Source of the DNA: an uncultured virus (IMG/VR IMGVR_UViG_3300033998_000455)
Lineage: Duplodnaviria; Heunggongvirae; Uroviricota; Caudoviricetes
DNA: 64,000 bases
Strand: one strand, 5' to 3'
Virus record (IMG/VR): IMGVR_UViG_3300033998_000455
Part shown: one piece after another, positions 28,350-37,526 of the stretch
How the letters are laid out: every line of letters begins with the position of its first letter
Position numbering within the stretch: the stretch's first letter is position 1
Notes under the pieces: generated by a model
Told to the model about the DNA's origin: nothing
What the model saw: the letters and a program-made list of their open reading frames with translations, nothing else
The model's database searches: none
Made by a program: the position numbers and the translations under genes

Positions 28350-28467
28350 ACCCTTCACCTGCCTTTATTGCTTTCTCCTCATATCCATGACTCCGATCCT
28401 TTCGTCTGCCTTTTCTGTAGCATCTTTTCTGGCGTTTTCTTCTTTTCTTCACCCATAATCTTTTCAT
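28285..28467 (-). CDS. Small highly basic protein, 60 aa (tentative)
   Basis: ATG overlaps the connector stop (TAATG); MKRLWVKKRRKRQKRCYRKGRRK; 3' end overlaps the head closure gene. Confidence 0.35.
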   Translation of the reverse strand: MKRLWVKKRRKRQKRCYRKGRRKDRSHGYEEKAIKAGEGYELWEDEHPDRHHRYDSRQRR

Positions 28468-28775
28468 TAGACCTGCCACTCCTTTCCCATGCGTAGAAGC
28501 AGATGTACCGTCTTCCACACCTGTTCTGAAGCACTGACATTGTCGTTAAAAAAGCCACCGGTGGAGCCATCGCGACTCTCATAAAAATGAGAAGCCAGCA
28601 TAATGACTCCTTGCTCGGTAGCAGGTGACATGGTGTTTTCTTTATAGAAGTCCGTCCCTAGATGCTGATAACCTTCGGCATAGCTAATGGCGGCAGCAAT
28701 CAAACCTTCCAGTAAGGCATCATCCTCATTATGGGTTACAATGAGATTTGCTTTTACCTTCTCAAGAAGCGCCAT
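28467..28775 (-). CDS. Head-tail connector (gp6-like)
   Basis: LEKVKANL...EDDALL...HFYESR. Confidence 0.88.
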   Translation of the reverse strand: MALLEKVKANLIVTHNEDDALLEGLIAAAISYAEGYQHLGTDFYKENTMSPATEQGVIMLASHFYESRDGSTGGFFNDNVSASEQVWKTVHLLLRMGKEWQV

Positions 28776-28781
28776 CTACCA

Positions 28782-29006
28782 TCACTCGCTTTCCATAAGG
28801 CCAGCGGCTTTTAGCTTAGCAAGTAAGGCATTGAAATCTGCAACCAGGTCCGCCACATCCACAGCGGTGCTGTCTGCTTGAACAGCTGCAGGTTTCAGTT
28901 CCGTCCCATCAAAGGTGACTTTTCCTTCTGCAGTTACAGCAAGCTCTCCACCAATTACGGTCTTATCGCCACCCTGCTCAGTATAGTTTTTCGTGTTATA
29001 TCCCAT
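28782..29006 (-). CDS. Head fibre / decoration-like protein
   Basis: QADSTA.DVA.LV.DFNALLAKLKAAGLM motif directly after the capsid gene. Confidence 0.7.
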   Translation of the reverse strand: MGYNTKNYTEQGGDKTVIGGELAVTAEGKVTFDGTELKPAAVQADSTAVDVADLVADFNALLAKLKAAGLMESE

Positions 29007-29070
29007 GGTTTTCCCTCCTTATCAAAGTGAAAGGAAGGTAGTAACTAGGACCACCTTCCTATTAGATTAC

Positions 29071-30279
29071 TTAGGCCTTTTGCTGAAGCACCTTGATGGC
29101 TTCAGGAAGGATCAGCTTCGCATCCAGTCTCTGGGATGCAAGGAAACCCACCTGACCACTTGCTGCATAGAGTTCGTTCAGACGCTTGAAGGTTCTACCC
29201 TGACGATCAGCAATCCAGTAGTACTTGAAGTCTCCGAAGAGAATGGTCTTCTCCCCCGCTGCAGCTGTTGGCATGTACTGAGAAGTTGCCACTGGACGAT
29301 TGAGAATCGTATCCGGTGTGCCCGCCTGAACAGATGGCTGCCACAGGTACTGACCCTGACCATCTTTCAGCTTTCTGATGGCCTTGATGGTTGCATCGTT
29401 CACAAGGAATGTCGCATTCTTTCTGTAGGCCGACTTCAAGCTGTGGTAAAGGTCCAGCACTTCATCAATGGTGATGGCTGTCGCACTTGCTGCAGTCACA
29501 CCGAGGCTTGCTCCACCGGTTGTATGAAGAAGACCTGTAGGTTTGCTGCTTCCGTTTCCAGTGAGGAATGCTTCCTCTTCAGCTGCTCCGATTCTTCTTG
29601 CAAACTCAGCTGCAATGTAGGCTTCAAGGTCGAAGTAGCTGTCATTAAGAAGCTCGTCAGAAACCTTCAGCATGGTACCAAGTTTGTAGGCCGACAAGGT
29701 CACCTGAGTGAATGCATCGTCGCTTTCAGTGAAGGCGGCTTCCTCGTCCATCCATGTAGCGGATCCATGACTCGCCACCACAGGAATCTTTCTATCCCCG
29801 TAGCTGGTCGTAATCACGTTGCACAGATTTCTAAGAAGGTTCGCCTCTTGAAGTGCCTGAATCAGCTGGTTCTCATACTCATCCGGTACAAGGAAGCCAC
29901 CTTCTGAATCGGTACCGATTTGAAGCGCATTGTGAACAGCAGGGTTCATCTTGTTTCTCATAGCACCCCAAAAGGCACTCTTATAGGCATCGGATGCTCT
30001 ACCAGTTTTCTCTTCGGTCATCTTCTCAGGTCTTGATGCAAGAGGTTTGCTAAGGGCAGCTGAAAGTTCCCTGTCCATCATCTCCTGACGCTCAAGACGC
30101 TCGATTTCCTTTCCAAGGTTGACCACTTCATCTTCCATCTTTTCATAGACGGCATTGTCCTCAGGTTTGATCAGACCATTCTCCTGACGATGTTCATCCA
30201 GGAAGCCTTTAGCCTGTTCCCAAACCTTGGCACGTTTCTCTCTTAGTTCTTGAATTTTACTCATATTCATTACCTCCAA
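29071..30279 (-). CDS. Major capsid protein (HK97 fold)
   Basis: N-terminal coiled delta domain, EGGFLVP, LKDGQGQYLWQ, FGDFKYY. Confidence 0.96.
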   Translation of the reverse strand: MEVMNMSKIQELREKRAKVWEQAKGFLDEHRQENGLIKPEDNAVYEKMEDEVVNLGKEIERLERQEMMDRELSAALSKPLASRPEKMTEEKTGRASDAYKSAFWGAMRNKMNPAVHNALQIGTDSEGGFLVPDEYENQLIQALQEANLLRNLCNVITTSYGDRKIPVVASHGSATWMDEEAAFTESDDAFTQVTLSAYKLGTMLKVSDELLNDSYFDLEAYIAAEFARRIGAAEEEAFLTGNGSSKPTGLLHTTGGASLGVTAASATAITIDEVLDLYHSLKSAYRKNATFLVNDATIKAIRKLKDGQGQYLWQPSVQAGTPDTILNRPVATSQYMPTAAAGEKTILFGDFKYYWIADRQGRTFKRLNELYAASGQVGFLASQRLDAKLILPEAIKVLQQKA

Positions 30280-31091
30280 TTTTTAATCAGCTCCAGCCGT
30301 CTTTCCAGCTGGGCAATAGGGATCTGGTTTACTGAATGGGCAGGATCCTTCAAATCGTCTTCACCTTGTGTTTCAGGATCTTGACTCTTCTCCGGCTCCT
30401 TAGCTTTGCCCTCATCATCATGTGCTTTTAGATATTTCATCCTCGCCTGAATACCAGGGAGTTTGTTCCTTAGAGCATTCGTCACTGTCATCTGGTCAAA
30501 GATAAAACCACCGGAACCTTCATCTACCACCTCTGATTCATAAAGAATCTTGTCGGCAAATTTTAGCTCGATGGCTTTGTGGGCACTCATCCAGGTTTCA
30601 GCGTCCATCATGTGTGAGATTTTCGCTCTGGAAAGTCCCGTCTTTGTCTGATAAGCATTGATAATGCTCTCCTTCACTTCACTGAGGAGATTAATCCCCA
30701 CCTGCAGATCCGCCACCTCACCAGCAATAAGCATGGCTGGGTTATGGATCATGAGCACTGACAGGGGAGAAACACACACCTCATCTCCCGCCATAGCAAT
30801 GACAGAAGCAGCACTGGCTGCCAGCCCATCAATATGGACACTGACCTTGCCGGGATATTCCTTGAGCATGTTGTAAATCTGCGCTGCTGCGAAGGTATCA
30901 CCACCTGGTGAGTGTATCTTTACAACAATGTCATCCGCCTCCGGACCACTGGCATAAAGCTCTGTCTTAAACTGTTTTGGGGTGATGTCATCATCAAACC
31001 AAGAGGACTCAGCAATGTACCCTTCAAGATGCAGGGTTCTTACTGCAGAATCCTCGGCTTCATTCACCACCCAACGCCAAAATTTATCCAT
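30270..31091 (-). CDS. Head maturation protease, ClpP-like
   Basis: IHSPGG, GLAASAAS, MIHNP, ETWMSA. Confidence 0.93.
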   Translation of the reverse strand: MDKFWRWVVNEAEDSAVRTLHLEGYIAESSWFDDDITPKQFKTELYASGPEADDIVVKIHSPGGDTFAAAQIYNMLKEYPGKVSVHIDGLAASAASVIAMAGDEVCVSPLSVLMIHNPAMLIAGEVADLQVGINLLSEVKESIINAYQTKTGLSRAKISHMMDAETWMSAHKAIELKFADKILYESEVVDEGSGGFIFDQMTVTNALRNKLPGIQARMKYLKAHDDEGKAKEPEKSQDPETQGEDDLKDPAHSVNQIPIAQLERRLELIKNWR

Positions 31092-31208
31092 CTAATCGAC
31101 CTCCTTTCGGGCATGTAAAAAGCACTCCTCGAGTTTGAGAAATGCTGTTGATACATCGTATTAAGTTTGTAGTTGTCCACAGAAATGCGCCAAGTTATAC
31201 ACTTATCA

Positions 31209-32444
31209 TCACGGTTCATCACCACCAGACTCATCCAGGGCTTTCTTTGCATAAGCCCCGGCCATCTTAAGGGGCAGCATATTGCCATTGACCAGATACA
31301 AATCTCCACCGTCTTCTTCCGAGATGGGATCCATGTTCTCCATCCTTCTTACATCATTGACGGAGAAGAACCCGTTCTGAATACCGATGGCGTAACCATC
31401 CATCCTGGATTTATAGTCTCCACGCATTAAAGCTGAAGCATTGAAGGATACAAAACACTGACCCTTTTCTTTTTCAAGAAAGAGCTTCTTGTTCATGGCC
31501 TGCTCTATCCTGACCAGCCATGGCCTGATGGTATGGACCACAAAACTGATGGACTGGTTCTCGATGTTACTGAATGAACTCTTGCTAAGGTCCGCCACCA
31601 TATGGGGTGGCACTTGAAAGATTCTGCAGATTTCTTCTATCTGAAACTTCCTTGTTTCAAGAAACTGAGCATCGGAGTTTGGCATGCTGATGGCTTGGTA
31701 CTGAAGTCCATCTTCAAGGACCGCTACCTTATTGCTGTTTCCACTTCCCCCATAAGCTGCTTGCCAGGCATCCCTCACCTTTGATGGATCCTTGATGGTT
31801 CCTGAAGTTGAAAGAATACCGCTTGGTGTAGCGTTGTTGGCAAAGAACCTACCGCCATATTCTTCAGCAGCTATATTCAGTCCGATGGCATTTTTCGCAA
31901 GGGCCACCGGCGAGTATCCCATGACGCCATCAAAACCAAGTCCCGGTACATGAAGCACATCTTCTGGTCCTAGATAATGGGTGGTGGTGTCCTTCCTGTA
32001 AGCATAGTAAAGATTCCCATTCTTATCTCGATCCACCGTCATCTTGTCAGGAAGCAGGGGATACAGATGGACAACTTCCCCTTTGCCATTTCGAATGATC
32101 TGGCAGTAGGCATTCCCCCAAAGAAGAAGGTGAGTCATTATGGTCTCCCTCAAAGTGAAAGATGTCATCTCTGGGTTTGGTTCATCATGTAATATCCGGT
32201 ATAGCGGGTGGGTGTACATCTTTTCTTTACCATCCCCTTTGTACTGATACGTATGAAGAGGTAAAGATGCCACCGTCTCTGCAATGATTCTCACGCAGGC
32301 GAAGACTGCTGTTGTCTGCATGGAGCTTCGCTCATTGACTATTTTCCCAGAGACACTTTGCCCCATATAAAAGTTTGGTGCACTACTGACACTGTCTGTG
32401 GGTTCTGCCCTAGCCTTAAAGAGCCATTTAAAAAAGTTCGCCAT
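31209..32444 (-). CDS. Portal protein (HK97 family)
   Basis: AVFACV, PNPEMT, LLWGNAY, IFQVPP, SNIENQ. Confidence 0.96.
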   Translation of the reverse strand: MANFFKWLFKARAEPTDSVSSAPNFYMGQSVSGKIVNERSSMQTTAVFACVRIIAETVASLPLHTYQYKGDGKEKMYTHPLYRILHDEPNPEMTSFTLRETIMTHLLLWGNAYCQIIRNGKGEVVHLYPLLPDKMTVDRDKNGNLYYAYRKDTTTHYLGPEDVLHVPGLGFDGVMGYSPVALAKNAIGLNIAAEEYGGRFFANNATPSGILSTSGTIKDPSKVRDAWQAAYGGSGNSNKVAVLEDGLQYQAISMPNSDAQFLETRKFQIEEICRIFQVPPHMVADLSKSSFSNIENQSISFVVHTIRPWLVRIEQAMNKKLFLEKEKGQCFVSFNASALMRGDYKSRMDGYAIGIQNGFFSVNDVRRMENMDPISEEDGGDLYLVNGNMLPLKMAGAYAKKALDESGGDEP

Positions 32445-32463
32445 AATTGTTGTTCACCCCCTT

Positions 32464-34020
32464 CTATCCTAAAATGATCATGTCCCGTTCATCGTAAATG
32501 GATCCATCATCATCTGGTGGATTCACCGTTGCTCTAGCCAGACCCATAATAAGTGCCACGATACCATCGATCTTTTCGGATGATTTTTCTTTGTCCACCT
32601 TGATGTTTCCAGCAGGGTCCGTTCTGACCACAATGTTATCTGCCATCCACCGAAGGACCGGATGCCCGCCATGGGCTATCTGCTTACTTAAGGTCAGGCG
32701 CATGAGGTCCTTTGTAGGCGGTGACATATCCTTAAATCCCTGACCAAAAGGCACCACAGTAAATCCCATCCCCTCTAGGTTCTGGCTCATCTGAGTGGCT
32801 CCCCACCGGTCATAGACGATCTCTCTGATGTTGTACTTTTCACCGAGGCGCTCGATGAATTTCTCTATGAATCCATAGTGGACCACGTTTCCTTCTGTGA
32901 GATTCAGAAGCCCCTGCCTGTGCCAGATATCATAAGGTACGCTGTCTCTTTTCACCCGCTGATGAAGGGTCTCCTCCGGAAGCCAAAAGTATGGGAGTAC
33001 TTGAAACTTATCTCCCTCTTCCAGGGGTGGAAACACTAAAACAAAAGCAGTGATGTCACTGGTTGAGGACAGGTCAAGACCTCCATAGCAGACTCGCCCT
33101 TTCAGTTCTTCCGGGTCTACAGGATAGTTACAAAGGTCCCACTTATCCATGGGCATCCATTTGATTTCCTGCTTTAACCACATGTTCAGCCTCAGCTGTT
33201 TGAACAAGGCGAGATCTGCCGGATCGTCTTTCACTTGATTGTAGTGCTCTCTAACCCTCTCTATAGAAATGGTATGACCAAGACTAGGGTTGGCCTTATA
33301 CCAGTTGTTTTCATCTTCAATATCCGCATCGTCCTCTAGCCCATAGATAATGGCAAGGAATGTCGGATCTACTCTCTTACCTTCCAGTATGTCTTTCGCC
33401 TTTTGATGCATCTCCCAGCCATAGCCAGAGAGTTGATTTCCTGCAGTGGTGAGGTATAAAAACAGCGGCTGGGTTCTCGCATCCCCTGAGCCGGTGGTCA
33501 GCATCTTGGCTAGGTCCGGATTCGGATAGGTCCAAATCTCATCAAGGATAACGCAGGAAGCATTGATCCCGGACTTTGATTTAACGTCAGAACTGAGTAC
33601 CTGATAGAAGCTTCCTGTCTTTGGATAAACGATTCGCTTAGTGGACCTTACCAGATTGGTCACTTTTGATAGGGTTGGATTGCCTTCCACAAAGTTCATG
33701 CTGGTGTTAAAAATGATGCTGGCCTGTTGTCTATCACAGGCGGCTACATACACTTCTGCATTGGGTTCTCCATCAGCAAGAAGCATGTAAAGGGCAATGG
33801 CTGCGCCTAGCTCCGATTTACCGTTTTTCTTACCAATCTCCACATAGGCGGTTCGGTACTGGCGGGTACCGTCTTCTCTCAAGGTTCCAAAGAGACGTCT
33901 CACCAGGTCTTTCTCCCAGGGAAGTAACTTAAAAGGCTGACCGGCCCATCTGCCTTTGGTCAGCTTCAGTTGTTCGATAAAGTTTATGGCGTGGTTGGCA
34001 TGAGCTTCACTAAATGGCAT
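32464..34020 (-). CDS. terL: Terminase large subunit
   Basis: KKNGKS Walker A, ILDE Walker B, GLDLS and KIDG nuclease motifs. Confidence 0.96.
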   Translation of the reverse strand: MPFSEAHANHAINFIEQLKLTKGRWAGQPFKLLPWEKDLVRRLFGTLREDGTRQYRTAYVEIGKKNGKSELGAAIALYMLLADGEPNAEVYVAACDRQQASIIFNTSMNFVEGNPTLSKVTNLVRSTKRIVYPKTGSFYQVLSSDVKSKSGINASCVILDEIWTYPNPDLAKMLTTGSGDARTQPLFLYLTTAGNQLSGYGWEMHQKAKDILEGKRVDPTFLAIIYGLEDDADIEDENNWYKANPSLGHTISIERVREHYNQVKDDPADLALFKQLRLNMWLKQEIKWMPMDKWDLCNYPVDPEELKGRVCYGGLDLSSTSDITAFVLVFPPLEEGDKFQVLPYFWLPEETLHQRVKRDSVPYDIWHRQGLLNLTEGNVVHYGFIEKFIERLGEKYNIREIVYDRWGATQMSQNLEGMGFTVVPFGQGFKDMSPPTKDLMRLTLSKQIAHGGHPVLRWMADNIVVRTDPAGNIKVDKEKSSEKIDGIVALIMGLARATVNPPDDDGSIYDERDMIILG

Positions 34021-34040
34021 AGGCCTCTCCTCCTTTCAAA

Positions 34041-34553
34041 TTAATCGTCCTTACTCTTTTTTAGAATGTCCTCCGCCTTTGGTACATTTGAAAGCAGCTC
34101 TTCCATGGCATCGCCCTCGATGGTGTTCCCACTGTTATTGATGTTGAGCCTACTTCTGGCCGATGGGCTTAGCCCAAGCTCTGAACAGAAGTTTCTCATC
34201 TGCTTAAGGTTCTGCTGGGCAATGGATACTTGAGGAATCTGCTGAATGTATCCTGAAGCTGTCTTTAAAATGGATCCATGCTTTGAGATAAATTCTTCTG
34301 CTTCCTTCCATCTAGCATAAGCCTGACAGTACCCGGCAAAGGCAGCCATATCCACTTGGGTTAGCAGTCCCATAGTCTCAAGCTCCTTTGACAGCCTTCT
34401 CCATTCTTTCTTGGCATCCGGTTCCAGCCATGACGGGCACTTAGGTGCTATCTGTTTTGGTTTTGGTTCATTCTTATTCAGTGGTCGTTTACCCGGATTG
34501 CCTTCCAGCTCTTTGACCGCTGTAGGTTTTGGTGGTCTTCCTCTACCTGCCAT
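34041..34553 (-). CDS. terS: Terminase small subunit, P27 family
   Basis: GRPPKPT..KELEGNPGKR, ELGLSPSAR. Confidence 0.93.
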   Translation of the reverse strand: MAGRGRPPKPTAVKELEGNPGKRPLNKNEPKPKQIAPKCPSWLEPDAKKEWRRLSKELETMGLLTQVDMAAFAGYCQAYARWKEAEEFISKHGSILKTASGYIQQIPQVSIAQQNLKQMRNFCSELGLSPSARSRLNINNSGNTIEGDAMEELLSNVPKAEDILKKSKDD

Positions 34554-34613
34554 AACTTTCACCTCCTTCATTTACTGTAAAGAAAAAGAGCCATTTTCAG
34601 GCTCCAAATGTTA

Positions 34614-34829
34614 TTAATTTACTTTGTTTATATCGATTTTAATTTCTTCAACTGCCCATCCTGTGAAGTTTTTGAACCATTCCTTTGAAAACTTCTCTGC
34701 CATCTCTTCGGTATCCCAGTAGCAGGCTTCGTCAAAATCAAAGGTCCATTTGGGGTGGCCATCCCACATGCTGAGGCATAGCTTCTTACCCGCTTTCGTT
34801 TGCATCGTTACCGTGTAGAAAATCTCCAT
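34614..34829 (-). CDS. Hypothetical protein (~71 aa)
   Basis: Start at MEIFY, after the promoter motif and an RBS. Confidence 0.6.
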   Translation of the reverse strand: MEIFYTVTMQTKAGKKLCLSMWDGHPKWTFDFDEACYWDTEEMAEKFSKEWFKNFTGWAVEEIKIDINKVN

Positions 34830-34857
34830 TCCTTTCGCCTCCTTAGTTTTGGTATAT

Positions 34858-34890
34858 ACATATATCACTCTGAAGGCTAAATTAGTCAAG
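34858..34890 (-). promoter_or_regulatory. CTTG-N16-GAGTGATATATGT motif
   Basis: Minus strand CTTGACTAATTTAGCCTTCAGAGTGATATATGT. Confidence 0.7.
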
Positions 34891-34892
34891 GA

Positions 34893-35102
34893 TTACTTCC
34901 CACGGATTCCTTTATAATTAAAGTTCCCTTTTCGAATCTCTTCATGATCTGCTTCCACAGCTTTGTTGTATTCAGGTTCTTTTGTTTCCTTCTCTTTGCA
35001 ACTCATGCAGATACACTGCTCATTAAACATGGACATGATTCGCCCACCTTCTAAACTGCCACCGCAGCGGTCACAATGTTTTTGACTAAAAAATCGATCC
35101 AT
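34893..35102 (-). CDS. Small Cys4 zinc-binding hypothetical protein
   Basis: CDRCG...CMSC; GAGG RBS. Confidence 0.7.
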   Translation of the reverse strand: MDRFFSQKHCDRCGGSLEGGRIMSMFNEQCICMSCKEKETKEPEYNKAVEADHEEIRKGNFNYKGIRGK

Positions 35103-35115
35103 CTACTCGCACCTC

Positions 35116-35307
35116 CTACTCCACATCCACATATTCCATCAGCATGGCCAGAGCTTCATCATAGCTCTTGGCTTCAGTTGTTATTCGCTTAACCATCTCA
35201 TCTGCCTTTTCAGGCTCGCCTGCTTGCTTTAGGGTTTGTGATACAATCCCCATGAGATTGAAAATGTTCCCGTTCTCCCCAATGAGTCTGCATTTAGGTT
35301 TCATCAT
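35116..35307 (-). CDS. Small conserved phage protein (~63 aa)
   Basis: MKPKCRLIGENGNIFNLMG...SYDEAL...EYV; start moved downstream of the ORF-track call. Confidence 0.7.
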   Translation of the reverse strand: MMKPKCRLIGENGNIFNLMGIVSQTLKQAGEPEKADEMVKRITTEAKSYDEALAMLMEYVDVE

Positions 35308-36121
35308 TTTCATCCACCTTTCTAAATGCACCGCTTCCTTCCAGATGTTTAAGAAGTGTCTTTCTGGTTTCCTTGTATTCCGGACCATTCATCCCAATTC
35401 GTATCAGCCAGGTTCTAAGAGCATACTTCGGATTATCATCTTGAGCTTGTTTAAAAGATGCGCGGCTTAAGATTCTTCCGTAGTTCGCTATGAGAACACA
35501 TAAATCCTGAAACGCCTTGATCCTTTCTGGATTCAAGTTTGAGCTGTGAAGTTTGAAGGTGAACGTCTTCTCATCAAAATCAATCTGAAATCCTGGACAT
35601 CTGTTTGTCCCCAGTTCTTCAAGGGCTTCTTTAAGTCCCTCTAAATCCTTAATCTCTGGCCTGTTCAGGTCTTCAGCAAACCCATCATCCATGAAGGCTT
35701 CCTCTGTTTCAAAAGCCATCATGATAAGCCGCTGCTTGCTGTAAAGCATGTTGATGATATTCTTCAGGCTATCAGCTGTGTGATCTTCAAAGTTTAGTTT
35801 AACTTCAACCCCACTAAGTTCATCTAGCGGGTCAGTTGTTTCTGCATTTTGATCTACCTCTTGAAGCTCAACTTCATCAATTAAAGCTTCATCATTGTAT
35901 TCTTGATCAGTCAGTGTATCGGGCAGTACTTGTTGATTCAGGATTTCTTCCATAGTGACGGACTCTCCATCTCCTCTGGTAATACCGCCATGTCTATCAA
36001 TGGTGTAGACTTCATCTGCTGTCCTAATTTCGTAATTAAAAGTTGGAACACTCAAGTACTTAGGTTTCACTCCAAAGTGCTCACCCAGTTGTTTGATCAT
36101 TTCTTTCCGGTCCATTTTCAT
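35294..36121 (-). CDS. Hypothetical protein sharing a C-terminal module with the amidoligase (often labelled virulence-related protein)
   Basis: C-terminus DNPKYALRTWLIRIG...KHLEGSGAFR parallels the amidoligase C-terminus. Confidence 0.7.
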   Translation of the reverse strand: MKMDRKEMIKQLGEHFGVKPKYLSVPTFNYEIRTADEVYTIDRHGGITRGDGESVTMEEILNQQVLPDTLTDQEYNDEALIDEVELQEVDQNAETTDPLDELSGVEVKLNFEDHTADSLKNIINMLYSKQRLIMMAFETEEAFMDDGFAEDLNRPEIKDLEGLKEALEELGTNRCPGFQIDFDEKTFTFKLHSSNLNPERIKAFQDLCVLIANYGRILSRASFKQAQDDNPKYALRTWLIRIGMNGPEYKETRKTLLKHLEGSGAFRKVDENDET

Positions 36122-36142
36122 ACCTCCTTCGTTTTGGTACTT

Positions 36143-36175
36143 ACATATATCACTCTAAACACAGGATATAGCAAG
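36143..36175 (-). promoter_or_regulatory. CTTG-N16-GAGTGATATATGT motif
   Basis: Minus strand CTTGCTATATCCTGTGTTTAGAGTGATATATGT. Confidence 0.7.
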
Positions 36176-36288
36176 GTATTTCTTTGATTTACCAAAACAT
36201 AAATGCACTTAAATACCCGCACTACTCTACCCAATGCGGATAATTAAGTGCACCATCTAAAAAAGGGCTTTTTGCCCTTCTTCAGTTT

Positions 36289-36603
36289 TTAAAGTTCAAG
36301 ACCGGTGTAACGCGGGTAATCATACCCTTCCGTATTTATGAGTACCTTCTCTCCGGTGTCGATGTTTACGACTCGGATGCATCTGATTTTACCGTCTTGG
36401 TCCATCCCACCATCTTCATGGGAAATCCAAGGCTGATCTTTGAAAAAGTCCTGGGCAAAATTTCTGAACTCTTCATCCTTTAGAATCACTTCTCTCGTGA
36501 TGGTGTATGGCTGACCTTTCTTTCCCTCTTTGATGGCTTGGTGGGTGAGTTCTTTAAGCTCTGCCAGGTCACAAACTTTTCTACCGAATAATGCTTTCAT
36601 CAC
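36289..36603 (-). CDS. Hypothetical phage protein
   Basis: RBS present; C-terminal INTEGYDYPRY motif of a small-protein type common in such prophages. Confidence 0.7.
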   Translation of the reverse strand: MMKALFGRKVCDLAELKELTHQAIKEGKKGQPYTITREVILKDEEFRNFAQDFFKDQPWISHEDGGMDQDGKIRCIRVVNIDTGEKVLINTEGYDYPRYTGLEL

Positions 36604-36791
36604 TTTCTCCCTCCCACTCTTTTGAAATACCCCGTTTCAAGAAGTTCCTCCATCTCACCTGGGGTGTAGATCAGGCATTCATCATCGATCTCTTCAATAG
36701 GAGCCAGGATAAAATCCCGATCCCATTTTCCTGCGATTTCATAAACCTTACCACTTCTGTTTTCAAACCTGTCTTTCTTCTGAATCACCAT
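36600..36791 (-). CDS. Hypothetical protein, 63 aa
   Basis: AAGGAGG RBS; translationally coupled to the next gene. Confidence 0.65.
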   Translation of the reverse strand: MVIQKKDRFENRSGKVYEIAGKWDRDFILAPIEEIDDECLIYTPGEMEELLETGYFKRVGGRK

Positions 36792-36830
36792 TACTTTGAC
36801 CTCCTTGCATTTTGTTTGCTTTTGGTACTA

Positions 36831-36863
36831 ACATATATCACTCAATAGCTACATATATGCAAG
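36831..36863 (-). promoter_or_regulatory. CTTG-N16-GAGTGATATATGT motif
   Basis: Minus strand CTTGCATATATGTAGCTATTGAGTGATATATGT. Confidence 0.7.
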
Positions 36864-36898
36864 TCTTATCTTGAGAATTGATGTATATTTTCTCAGGC

Positions 36899-37393
36899 TT
36901 ACAGAAAACTCGGTGGATACTTCTGGATGGCTTTTTCGCTGATAGCCAGAGCATCCTCAATAAATGCTTCATCAAAACCAGCAGCCTTATAACCTTCTTT
37001 CACAGTCTCAAGATAACTTCTGCTTGGAAGGTTGAGATGGATCCTATCCAGAATCTTATCGGTCATGATGTACACCATGGCTGTAATGATCGTTCCATCT
37101 TCCAAGGTGACTTTCACATCTTCCTTTTCATAAAATCTCGGATAGCCTTCGTAAAAGTCCAGTGCCTTTTCATCTTCTGGTTCAAGCTCCCAAACAACCA
37201 CCGGGACTTTACCACCACGTTTTTTCTCAATGGTGCAGTAGGCGTTTTCCATCTGACCTTTAAATAGTAGACGGTATCCTTTTAGCACCCCTTTGTCGTA
37301 AACCTTAGCCGTTGGGCACCTCATGGCCATTTGACCGAGATTAAGATTGGACCCATAGGCCACGCCCAGTCTTTTTTCCACTTTCATCATCAC
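36899..37393 (-). CDS. Gamma-glutamylcyclotransferase (AIG2-like) family protein
   Basis: AYGSNL, RCP, LDFYEGYP. Confidence 0.88.
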   Translation of the reverse strand: MMMKVEKRLGVAYGSNLNLGQMAMRCPTAKVYDKGVLKGYRLLFKGQMENAYCTIEKKRGGKVPVVVWELEPEDEKALDFYEGYPRFYEKEDVKVTLEDGTIITAMVYIMTDKILDRIHLNLPSRSYLETVKEGYKAAGFDEAFIEDALAISEKAIQKYPPSFL

Positions 37394-37526
37394 TTCATCC
37401 TTTCTTAAAGAGCAGTTTATCCCCTTCAGCTTCGCCTGTGTGGGCTTTTGTTTGAAGCTGGGAACCCTTCTACCACCTTAAGAGCGGTCTCCCGCTCGGT
37501 GGGTTTGAAGGCGCCGCCTTTTTTAT

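Noticed and set aside
28993..29907. 304-aa plus-strand ORF and the many other plus-strand ORFs
   Set aside because: Antisense shadows of well-supported minus-strand genes, with no recognisable motifs.
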